A DNA stretch of 64,000 bases from positions 512,001 to 576,000 of the forward strand of contig CAXWPL010000001.1 of assembly GCA_963666215.2 (NCBI GenBank), written 5' to 3'. Source of the stretch: Acidobacteriota bacterium (GTDB lineage Bacteria > Acidobacteriota > UBA890 > WLXD01). This document shows, in pieces, positions 8,455 through 16,632 of this stretch (positions within the stretch are counted from its first letter, which is position 1; each line of letters starts with the position of its first letter). The translations under genes and the position numbers were made by a program. A model generated the notes under the pieces. It saw only the letters and a list, made by a program, of their open reading frames with translations, did no database searches and was not told the DNA's origin.

Positions 8455-9899
8455 GTGCCGGTCTCCTCGTCGAGGGCCGCTCGCATGATGCCCACCAGCC
8501 GCCGGGCCGTGTCGGCGTTCATCGAGAGGGGTGGCATGAGCACGACGGTGTCACCCCGCGGCCGGAGGATCGCGCCCATGCGACGAGCGGCCAGGCACAC
8601 CCGGTGCCCCATGCGGTCCTCCACGGCGTAGGGCCGGGGCGCTTGCCCCGGCTCGCACCCGGCGACCAGTTCGATCCCGACCATCGTGCCGTACTGGCGT
8701 ACCTCCAGAACGTGGGTGTGCTCCGCGAGCGGCGCCAGTTCCGCCGCCAGGGTCTGCTCCAGCATGCGGGCCGCCTGCAGGAAGGCGGGCTTGCGGCAGA
8801 GCGCGAGACTGGCCTGGGCCGCCGCGCAGGACAGGGCGTTGCCGGTGAAGGTGTGCCCATGGAAGAAGGTCCGGAACTCCTCGTACCGTCCGAGGAAGCC
8901 CTCGTACAGCGCTTCGGTGGTGAGGGTCGCGGCGAGGGGCAGATACCCGCCGGAGAGGCACTTGGCGAGGCACAGGATGTCCGGGCACACGCCCTCGCGC
9001 TCGCAGGCGAACAGGTGTCCACTACGGCCGAAACCGGTGGCTACCTCGTCGACCACGATCAGCAGGCCCGCTGCCCGGGCACGGTCGACCACCGCGCGCG
9101 TGAAGCCCTCGGGATACACCCGGATGCCGGCGGCGCCCTGCACACCGGGCTCCAACACGAGCGCCGCCAGGGTGGGGCCTGATTCCGCGAGCACCTGGTC
9201 GAGGGCTGTGAGGCAGCGTTCGACATCGGCCTGCCGCGAGGCGTCGTCGGGGCCCCGGGGCACGGGCAGCTGGTGGGTGGCGAAGAGCAGGGGCTGGAAG
9301 ATGGCGTGGAAGAGGTCGATGCCGCTCACCGAGACCGACCCCAGGGTGTCGCCGTGGTAGGAGTCCTGGAGGCACAGGAAGCGCGTGCGCCGGCTCTCGC
9401 TGCCCTCGCGCTGGCGCCAGTACTGGAACGCCATCTTGAGCCCCACCTCCACCGCGGTGGACCCGCTGTCGGAGTAGAACACCCGGCTCAGGTCGCCGGG
9501 CGCCACCTCCAGCAGGCTCTGCGCCAGGCGGATGGACGGCTCGCCTCCCAACCCCAGCAAGCTGGAGTGGGCGACGCGGTCCAGCTGCTCCCGGACGGCG
9601 GCGTCGATCTCGGGCACCCGGTGTCCGTGGAGCGCGCACCAGAGCGACGAGACGCCGTCGATGTAGCGCCGGCCATCCGCGTCCACCAGCGTGCAGCCCT
9701 CGGCGGAGAGGATGACGGGAAAGTCCTCCGTGATCCAACCTGCCATCTGGGTGAAGGGGTGCCACATCACGCGCCTGTCCAGCCGCTGCAGCTCGGCATT
9801 CGACGCGGCGGTCGAGTCGACGGTCGAGTCGGGCCCGGACGCCGCATCCGCAGGCAACGTCGATGCATGCGGGCGCGGCCCGGTGCTCGCCGTGCTCAC
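8451..9899 (-). CDS. bioA: Adenosylmethionine-8-amino-7-oxononanoate transaminase
   Basis: WHPFTQM, DSGSTAVE, YHGDT, DEVATGFGR, AKCLSGGYLP, HGHTFTGN; GTG start overlaps the bioF stop. Confidence 0.95.
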   Translation of the reverse strand: MSTASTGPRPHASTLPADAASGPDSTVDSTAASNAELQRLDRRVMWHPFTQMAGWITEDFPVILSAEGCTLVDADGRRYIDGVSSLWCALHGHRVPEIDAAVREQLDRVAHSSLLGLGGEPSIRLAQSLLEVAPGDLSRVFYSDSGSTAVEVGLKMAFQYWRQREGSESRRTRFLCLQDSYHGDTLGSVSVSGIDLFHAIFQPLLFATHQLPVPRGPDDASRQADVERCLTALDQVLAESGPTLAALVLEPGVQGAAGIRVYPEGFTRAVVDRARAAGLLIVVDEVATGFGRSGHLFACEREGVCPDILCLAKCLSGGYLPLAATLTTEALYEGFLGRYEEFRTFFHGHTFTGNALSCAAAQASLALCRKPAFLQAARMLEQTLAAELAPLAEHTHVLEVRQYGTMVGIELVAGCEPGQAPRPYAVEDRMGHRVCLAARRMGAILRPRGDTVVLMPPLSMNADTARRLVGIMRAALDEETGT

Positions 9900-11053
9900 C
9901 GGAGTTCCTCCAGGAGCGCGGTCACCACCGACCGACACTCGTCCTCCGTGTGCTCGGCCGTGACGGAGAGTCGCAGGCGGGAGCCGCCCTCGGGAACGGT
10001 TGGCGGGCGGATGGCGGGCACCAGGAAACCCCGCGCCAGGAGTCGCTCGGCGAGGGTTACGGCGCGGGCGTCGGCCCCCACCAGCACGGGAACGATGGGC
10101 GACTCCCCATGGGGTGCCTCCAGGCCGCCCTCCGCCAGCAGCTCCCGCAGGAGGACCGCGTTCCGACGCAGGCGCACGCCTCGCTCCGGCTCGTCCGCGA
10201 GCACCGCCAGGGCCTCCCGGGCCGCCGCAACCACGGGCGGTGGGAGCGAGCAGGTGAAGATGAACGAGCGGCTGGTCTGCACCAGGAGCTCGCGGGTGCG
10301 CTCGTCGGTCAGGACGAACGCCCCGAATGACCCCAGCGCCTTGCCCAGGTTACCCACCTGGATCGCGACCTCCTCGCTCACTCCACAGGCCGCGGCCGCT
10401 CCCCGGCCCTCCGGGCCCACCGTGCCCAGGCCATGGGCATCGTCGATGATCAACATCGCGCCGGCCTGTCGGGCGGCCTCGGCCATGGCCTCGAGGGGCG
10501 CCATGTCCCCGTCCATGGAGTACAGGCCCTCGACGAGCACCAGCACGCGGCGGTAGGAGGAGGCATCCCGCAGCTCGTGCCGCAAGGCCTCCACGTCGCT
10601 GTGGGGCAGCACGCGGACCTCGGCGCGGGAGAGCCGACACGCGTCCACCGTGCTGGCGTGGGAGAGTCCGTCGGACAGGATGAGATCCCCGCGCTCCGCG
10701 AGCGCCGTCGCGACGCCGACGTTCGCCATGTAGCCGGAGGAAAAGACGAGGGCCGCCGGCTGCTGGAAGGTGCTCGCCAGCTCGTGCTCCAGAGCCTCGA
10801 CGGCGGGGTCGTGCCCCGCCAGCAGCCGGGCCGCGCCGCTGCTCGTGCCCGCCGCGTGAGCCTCGCGGGCCGCCGCAGCCGCCAGCCGCGGGTGGCGCGC
10901 CAGACCCAGGTAGTCGCAGGACGCGAAGGACAGCGCCTCCCGGCCGTGCACCCGGACGCGACAGCGCCCGACGCGTTCCGTCGCACGCAGCTCACGCGTC
11001 CGGCCTGCCCGGGCGATGGCCTGCAGGGACACCCCGATGCCGTCCCCGGCCAC
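9896..11053 (-). CDS. bioF: 8-amino-7-oxononanoate synthase
   Basis: DYLGLA, FSSGYMAN, SMDGD, DDAHG, LGKALG, AIRPPTVP; start uncertain. Confidence 0.93.
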   Translation of the reverse strand: MAGDGIGVSLQAIARAGRTRELRATERVGRCRVRVHGREALSFASCDYLGLARHPRLAAAAAREAHAAGTSSGAARLLAGHDPAVEALEHELASTFQQPAALVFSSGYMANVGVATALAERGDLILSDGLSHASTVDACRLSRAEVRVLPHSDVEALRHELRDASSYRRVLVLVEGLYSMDGDMAPLEAMAEAARQAGAMLIIDDAHGLGTVGPEGRGAAAACGVSEEVAIQVGNLGKALGSFGAFVLTDERTRELLVQTSRSFIFTCSLPPPVVAAAREALAVLADEPERGVRLRRNAVLLRELLAEGGLEAPHGESPIVPVLVGADARAVTLAERLLARGFLVPAIRPPTVPEGGSRLRLSVTAEHTEDECRSVVTALLEELR

Positions 11054-11057
11054 GGTG

Positions 11058-12128
11058 TCAGCCCTGGCGCAGCGGCGCACCGTCCAGGGTCGCCGTGGCG
11101 GCGGCGGCACGGGGCCGGGGGGAGGCCAGCCGAGCCGCCACGGGGCGGGGCTCCAGGCCCATCCGGGCGATGAGCGCCAGGTCGTCCCGGGCGGGATTGC
11201 CCCCGGTGGTGAGGTAGTCCCCCACCATGGTCGCGCTCGCGCCCGCCAGGTACATGAGCGGCGCCAGCTCGCCGAGCACCACCTCGCGCCCTCCCGCCAC
11301 CATGATGTGGTGGCGCGGCAACATGAACCGGAACACCGCGATGCACTTGAGGGCTTCGAGCGGGGCGAGGGGTTCGAACGTCTCTCCGGCGGGCGTCCCC
11401 TCGATGGGGTTCAGGAAGTTGAGGGGCACTATGTCCGGGTCGACCTCGCGCAGCTCGGCTGCCAGCTCCACCCGCTGCCGGGGTGACTCCCCCATGCCCA
11501 GGATGCCGCCCGAGCACACGTTCATGCCCGCCTCACGCACCAGCTCGATGGTGCGCAGCCTGTCGTCGTGGGAGTGCGTCTCGCACACGTTATCGAAGTG
11601 ACTGGCCGCCGTCTCGAGGTTGTGGTTGTAGGTGTGCAGGCCGGCCTGTTTGAGGGCCGTCGCCACCTCGGGGTCGTCGATCAGGCCCAGGGACGCATCG
11701 GCGTGGACGCGCCCGTCCTCGCTGAGCCGGCGGATCAGGGCGGTGACCCGATCCAGATCCTGCCCCTTGCGGAGACCGCGCCAGGCGGCGACGAGCCCCA
11801 GCGCCTCGGCACCGTTGCTCTCCGCCACGCGCGCCGCTTCCAGCACCTGCTTCTCGTCGATGAGGGCGTACTCCTCGACGCCCGTCGAGAAGCGCGCGGA
11901 TTGCGAGCAGAAGCTGCAGTCCTCCGTGCAGCGCCCGCTCTTGGCGTTGACGATGCTGCACAGGTGCACTTCGTCGCCCACGAAGCGCCGGCGGATGCGG
12001 TCGGCTGCCGCCAGCAGGTCCATGAGCTCGTCGCGGCCCACGTCCGCCATGAGGCGCACGCCCTCCTCGACACCCAGCTCGACCCCCGAGAGCACCTGTT
12101 CGCAACAACGGCCGATGAACTCACGCAT
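11058..12128 (-). CDS. bioB: Biotin synthase
   Basis: NAKSGRCTEDCSFCSQS, YNHNLET, CSGGILGMGE, VPLNFL, GDYLTT. Confidence 0.96.
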   Translation of the reverse strand: MREFIGRCCEQVLSGVELGVEEGVRLMADVGRDELMDLLAAADRIRRRFVGDEVHLCSIVNAKSGRCTEDCSFCSQSARFSTGVEEYALIDEKQVLEAARVAESNGAEALGLVAAWRGLRKGQDLDRVTALIRRLSEDGRVHADASLGLIDDPEVATALKQAGLHTYNHNLETAASHFDNVCETHSHDDRLRTIELVREAGMNVCSGGILGMGESPRQRVELAAELREVDPDIVPLNFLNPIEGTPAGETFEPLAPLEALKCIAVFRFMLPRHHIMVAGGREVVLGELAPLMYLAGASATMVGDYLTTGGNPARDDLALIARMGLEPRPVAARLASPRPRAAAATATLDGAPLRQG

Positions 12129-12590
12129 GGAGGATGCTCCGAGAGGTGTGCGGCGGACGATCAGCAGAGATTGTAACGGACCAGGGTGGCTGGCGCTCCG
12201 TTAAGTTGACAGTATCGTTCCCACCGTTCGAGCGCCACAATGAAGCGGGCATCGTCGGCTGGGTCGGTTCGCGCTGACACCCACAATTCGGATGCGACAT
12301 GCTCGGCGAACCGCACGTCCGACGTGAGCCACGCTGCCGGCTGCCCGGCGCGCAAGGAGGCGCAGCACCCCAGGTCAAGGAAGCTGCGCGCGCGCGACTC
12401 GCCGAGTCTCGTGCCCGCCAGCGCTCGGAGTCGTCGAGTGGATCCTCACCTCTCCCGACGCGGATTCACGTACCCAGCTCGCCGCAGCCAAAGACGTCCC
12501 CAACCGCAATGGTCTCGCCGCGACCAAGCGCCACGATACCGAGAGCGACAACGTTGATCGAAGTCATGCGTCTTGCGAGCTCCGCGAAGG

Positions 12591-12922
12591 CTGATGCCTC
12601 TCAGGAGCTGCACGGCGGCTGGCAGGCTGCCCTCCTCGACCTTGTCGGCGAGCAGGTCAACAGTGTGAGCCGGTACGGACGTTCACGCGGAGTCCTTTGG
12701 GTCAATGATCACGCGCTCGATGCGCATACTCGGTGGCCCGTCGACTCGCCTCTCCAGCGCGGTCCGCTCCACTCTCCGAGCCGCCGATGAGTCCGGTCGG
12801 TGGTCACCTCACGGCCTGGCCACTCTGAGCGGCCCGGAGACGTCCGTGACCACCGATTGGGAAGGCTAGCCTAGCGCCCCCCCCCCCCGCTGCCGGGGCG
12901 CGGCGTCTCAGGCGTTCGAGTC
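12591..12922 (+). repeat. Repeat B copy 1 (~330 bp, diverged direct repeat of 14451-14792)
   Basis: Starts ctgatgcctctcaggagctgcacggc in both copies; long identical blocks with indels. Confidence 0.9.
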
Positions 12923-12993
12923 GCCGCCGATACTCCCGATCGCTGATCATCACTAGCCGTAGGGTGTCAGTCTGGGCGCGGCCGGGCGGCGCA

Positions 12994-13110
12994 GTCGTTC
13001 AGATGGAAGAAGGCGAGCAAGCCCACGGCCCACAACTTCTTCCCCGTGGCGAGTGGTTGCTGTTTACGCTGTTGAGCGGCTCCGGCTCGTGGAACGCTGC
13101 GAGCATTGTG
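12994..13110 (+). pseudogene. Fragment resembling the TolB-like propeller of Ser/Thr kinase C-termini
   Basis: GEQAHGPQLLPRGEWLLFTL...WNAASIV; isolated short segment. Confidence 0.4.
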
Positions 13111-13322
13111 TGCCGCTCGGGCAACGTCCTGGGGCGCGCATGGCGATGGAGAACGACATCACGGTCCTCTATCGTGGTGGCGAGGGCACGACCGACCTGT
13201 TCCTGAGCAGTGGTGTCAGGGTCCTGTTCCGGCATACCTCGACAACCCCCCCCAAGTGAGTAACGTGGTGGCCGTTCAAGCCGGCGACTGGGGAGACCGG
13301 CAGATAACACAAGGAGGATACC

Positions 13323-13772
13323 CTGCGGTATCGAAGAATCATCGCGTCCCTCGTTCTCGCGGGGGTCATCTTGCTACCGGCCGGCTTGGCTTACGCGCAA
13401 GATCCGGGAAGCAACGTCTACGAAGTCGAGGTCACGCGATCGGACGACGTTGTCTTCACCGACTGCTTCCGATTCGGCAATAACCCAGTCAACCCGCCGG
13501 ACAACCCGGTAAGAGATTTCACCGTCGACGGGCTCGGGGACGGCTTCTGGGGATTCCCCGGTATCACCGTCCAGAACAAGTCGAAGGCTTGGCAGGCCGC
13601 GGTGAACAGCGACCCGGCGGTCGGCTACTCCGGCAAGGTCAGCAACGACGACCAGACGATCCGCGGCGATGCGATCAACAACGACATCCCGCACCTGACG
13701 TTCGTTTTCGAAGGCGTGCGCAACAACAAGTGCGCGGTGGCGCGCGAAACAACCGTGTTCTGGACCCAATGA
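13323..13772 (+). CDS. Hypothetical secreted protein (probable CTG start)
   Basis: AAGGAGG at 13311-13317, then in-frame CTG and signal peptide RYRRIIASLVLAGVILLPAGLAYA; paralog of the next ORF. Confidence 0.75.
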   Translation: MRYRRIIASLVLAGVILLPAGLAYAQDPGSNVYEVEVTRSDDVVFTDCFRFGNNPVNPPDNPVRDFTVDGLGDGFWGFPGITVQNKSKAWQAAVNSDPAVGYSGKVSNDDQTIRGDAINNDIPHLTFVFEGVRNNKCAVARETTVFWTQ

Positions 13773-13792
13773 GAGCGCGCGAGGAGAGCGTC

Positions 13793-14296
13793 ATGAGGAA
13801 CAGCAACGCGCAGCGTCACGCCCAACCGTCTCGTCGGCCGACACCTCCGATGGCTACCAAGCGCGCGGCCATCTGCCTGAGCGCAGCGGTCTGTCTCGTG
13901 CTAGTCGGCGGGATCGCCGGCTTCGACGAGACCGAGTCGGCGAACCCGAGGCCCGCCGGCAAGGTCTACAACGCCCGCTTTGGCCGCTCGTTCGGGACCC
14001 CTTTCTCCGCCTGCGTGCGCTTCGCACGCGAGCCCGGGACCGCCAATGTCCAGTCACTCGGCGACATGTCATGGGACTACCGGGCCAACGGCAAGTGGCA
14101 GATCATGGAACGGTCCCCCGGCAACGGCGGCATCGGGCTGAACATCCACTTCTGGGGTAAGGCAAACGACAACCGCATCAAGGGCCACGCTATCGGCGGA
14201 ACCCAGGGCACCAAGTTCAAGTTCCGTGGCAGGCAGTCCAACAACTGCCGGCCGGCACCCGTGAACCGTGGCAACCCATGGAAAGCTCCTCAGTAG
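13793..14296 (+). CDS. Hypothetical secreted protein, paralog of upstream ORF
   Basis: GAGGAG RBS, hydrophobic signal segment, shared G.VY/F..C.RF/I.G.AI/F.F.G....C pattern. Confidence 0.75.
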   Translation: MRNSNAQRHAQPSRRPTPPMATKRAAICLSAAVCLVLVGGIAGFDETESANPRPAGKVYNARFGRSFGTPFSACVRFAREPGTANVQSLGDMSWDYRANGKWQIMERSPGNGGIGLNIHFWGKANDNRIKGHAIGGTQGTKFKFRGRQSNNCRPAPVNRGNPWKAPQ

Positions 14297-14351
14297 CGGA
14301 ACTGCAGCCGTGTTGTGCGCCGCCCACTGGCGGGGCCTCCGTTACACTCCC

Positions 14352-14792
14352 CTTCGGACGAGGATGAGTTGACGACAAGCCGCTACCTCGTGCGGGGGCA
14401 TCCTGAAGCGCTGGCAGGTAAGGCAGCACCACGGTTCGGGGGCCGCGGCCCTGATGCCTCTCAGGAGCTGCACGGCGGCTGGCAGGCTGCCCTCCTCGAC
14501 CTTGTCGGCGAGCAAGTCGACAGCTCCGGTACGGACGTTCACGCGGAGTCCTTTGGGTCAATGATCACGCGCTCGATGCGCATACTCGGTGGCCCGTCGA
14601 CGCGACGCTCCAGCGCGATTCGCTCCACAGCAGAGCTTGCGCGGCCGGGGTGACGCTCTCCGAGCCGCCGATGAGTCCGGTCGGTGGTCACCTCACGGCC
14701 TGGCCGCGCTGAGCGGCCCGGAGACGTCCGCGACCGCCGATTCGGGAGGCGCCCCGTCCGCTGCCGCGTGGCGGCGCCTCAGGCCTTCGGGC
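14352..14792 (+). repeat. Repeat A copy 2 (14352-14407) plus repeat B copy 2 (14451-14792)
   Basis: Direct sequence comparison with 7445-7500 and 12591-12922. Confidence 0.9.
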
Positions 14793-14926
14793 CGGTCCTA
14801 GACGCGGATACGGCCGGTCGCTCTAGCCTTGGGGGTCAGCTGTCCCAGTCTCCTTGCTTGAAACAAGTGAGTGGCGATGGTGAGTCTCCCCCCGCCAACG
14901 CGGCAGCGTCCCGCTACGCTCACCCC

Positions 14927-15364
14927 ATGCCGATCGACCCCCAAACCCGCCGCCTCATCGAAACCGCCCGCGCCGGCCATCTCGCCACGGCCGACGCCAC
15001 CGGCGACCCCCACCTGATCCCCGTTGTCTTCGTCCTCATCGACGACGCCATCTACATCGCCATCGACGACAAACCCAAGACGACCACCCGCCTCAAACGC
15101 CTCCGCAACATCGAGGCCAACCCCCGCGCCGCCTTCCTCGTCGACACCTACGACGAAGACTGGTCCAAGCTCGGCTGGGTCCTCTGTCGCGGCCCCGCCG
15201 ACATCATCGACTCCGCCCAACACCCCGGCGACGCCCCTCCCCGCGACGAGATCTTGGCAGAGCTCCGCGCCAAATATCCTCAGTACCATGACCACAACCT
15301 CGCCAATCGCCCCATCATCCGTCTGCGGGTCGAGCGAGTGACGAGCTGGGGTTTCGAGAGCTGA
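14927..15364 (+). CDS. PPOX-class probable F420-dependent oxidoreductase (Rv0121-like)
   Basis: GHLATADA..PHLIPVVF, AIDDKPK..LKRLRNIEANP, VDTYDEDWSKLGWV. Confidence 0.85.
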   Translation: MPIDPQTRRLIETARAGHLATADATGDPHLIPVVFVLIDDAIYIAIDDKPKTTTRLKRLRNIEANPRAAFLVDTYDEDWSKLGWVLCRGPADIIDSAQHPGDAPPRDEILAELRAKYPQYHDHNLANRPIIRLRVERVTSWGFES

Positions 15365-15505
15365 GTGCGTGTCTCGCCGCTACTCCGCCTGGATCGCCGT
15401 CGCCGTGCTCGCCTTGGGGTGTCCCTCTACTTCTTCCCCCACCGCGCCAGCAGGCCCGGTGTCGCGATCATGTGAAAACGCCAGGAACACATGAAACACG
15501 GGGTC

Positions 15506-15556
15506 CACCTGCTCTGGGAGCAGGGGCCGGAGGTTCATTTCCTCTCACCCCGACCA
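15506..15556 (+). repeat. att-site duplicate: 3' half of tRNA-Pro
   Basis: cacctgctctgggagcaggggccggaggttcatttcctctcaccccgacca matches 6263-6314 with a few differences. Confidence 0.9.
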
Positions 15557-15588
15557 TTGTTCTGAGGTAGCGGCTTCAGCCGCCTAGC

Positions 15589-16631
15589 TGTGTTTTCTAA
15601 GTAGGTTGTTCACATCGGGGCTCACTTCTGAGATCAATGGGGTTGTTCAAAAGACTCCACGACCTCAGAAGGAGCGCCCGATGCAGCTGCATGGTAACGC
15701 CCGCACGACGCCGTATATACGCCGAGAGATGGTCCGCCGAGTCCGGGAGCGGGCGGAGCCCGTGACGGAAACGGCGGCGGCGCTCGGCGTGTCGGCTCGA
15801 ACGGTTTACAAGTGGCTGGATAGATACGAGCGAGAAGGTGAGGCCGGGCTGCTCGATCGATCAAGCCGGCCGACGTGCTGTCCGCACGCAACAAGCGCTG
15901 GAGTTGTGAGGCAGATCGACAAGCTACGTCGGCGGCGACTGACGGCCTGGCAGATCAGCCGAAGGTTGGCTGTGCCGCGCTCGACCGTCTCGGCGTGGCT
16001 GAAGCGGCTCGGACTCGCCAAGCTTGATGCGCTCGAGCCCAAGCCCGAGATCGTTCGCTACGAGTACGAGCACCCCGGTGACCTACTGCACCTGGATACG
16101 AAGAAACTGGCCCGTATCCGGCGACCTGGACACCGCATCCACGGCGACCGCTCCAAGCGGGCCTACGGCGTCGGCTGGGAGAACGCCCACGTCGCTATCG
16201 ACGATCACTCTCGGGTGGCGTACGTCGAAGTGCTGCCCGCCGAAGACCAACACACCTGCACAGCGTTCCTGCAGCGAGCCGTCGAGCACTTCGCTTCGAT
16301 GGGAGTAGCGGTGCGCCGAGTGATGACAGACAACGGGCCTGGCTACGTCTCGAAGCGCTTCAATCGCCTATGCCATCAACTCGAGATCCGGCACATTTAC
16401 ACCCGGCCCTACACCCCCAGAACCAACGGCAAAGCCGAACGCTTCATCCGCACACTCAAGGAGCAGTGGGCCTACGGCACCTGCTACCAGACCTCAGCTC
16501 GACGTACTCGAGCTCTACGGCCCTGGCTCAACCACTACAATCGTCACCGTCCCCACGCCGGCATCGGCATGACACCGCCGATCGCTCGGCTCTCAGGGGT
16601 GAGTTCGTGAACAACCTACCTAGAACTCACA
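15589..16631 (+). mobile_element. Intact IS481-family insertion sequence
   Basis: 25-bp imperfect IRs TGTGTTTTCTAAGTAGGTTGTTCAC / GTGAACAACCTACCTAGAACTCACA; 6-bp TSD CCTAGC at 15583-15588 and 16632-16637. Confidence 0.95.
15681..16610 (+). CDS. IS481-family transposase
   Basis: HGNAR, HTH, PGDLLHLDTKKL, IDDHSR, TDNG, PRTNGKAERFIRT, YNRHRPH. Confidence 0.95.
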   Translation: MQLHGNARTTPYIRREMVRRVRERAEPVTETAAALGVSARTVYKWLDRYEREGEAGLLDRSSRPTCCPHATSAGVVRQIDKLRRRRLTAWQISRRLAVPRSTVSAWLKRLGLAKLDALEPKPEIVRYEYEHPGDLLHLDTKKLARIRRPGHRIHGDRSKRAYGVGWENAHVAIDDHSRVAYVEVLPAEDQHTCTAFLQRAVEHFASMGVAVRRVMTDNGPGYVSKRFNRLCHQLEIRHIYTRPYTPRTNGKAERFIRTLKEQWAYGTCYQTSARRTRALRPWLNHYNRHRPHAGIGMTPPIARLSGVSS

Positions 16632-16632
16632 C

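Larger units (their letters stand above)
6312..15556. mobile_element. Degenerate genomic island integrated in tRNA-Pro
   Basis: Bounded by the tRNA and a duplicated tRNA 3' half at 15506-15556; recombinase remnant near the tRNA end; internal IS remnants and repeats. Confidence 0.85.

Noticed and set aside
9273-10556. Long antisense or alternate-frame ORFs (also 19253-20512, 42313-43599, 49216-50466, 53075-54271)
   Set aside because: Shadows of real genes, expected in high-GC DNA; no family motifs
15506-15556. Second tRNA-Pro gene
   Set aside because: No 5' acceptor strand or D-arm, and the T-loop is mutated; it is an att duplicate
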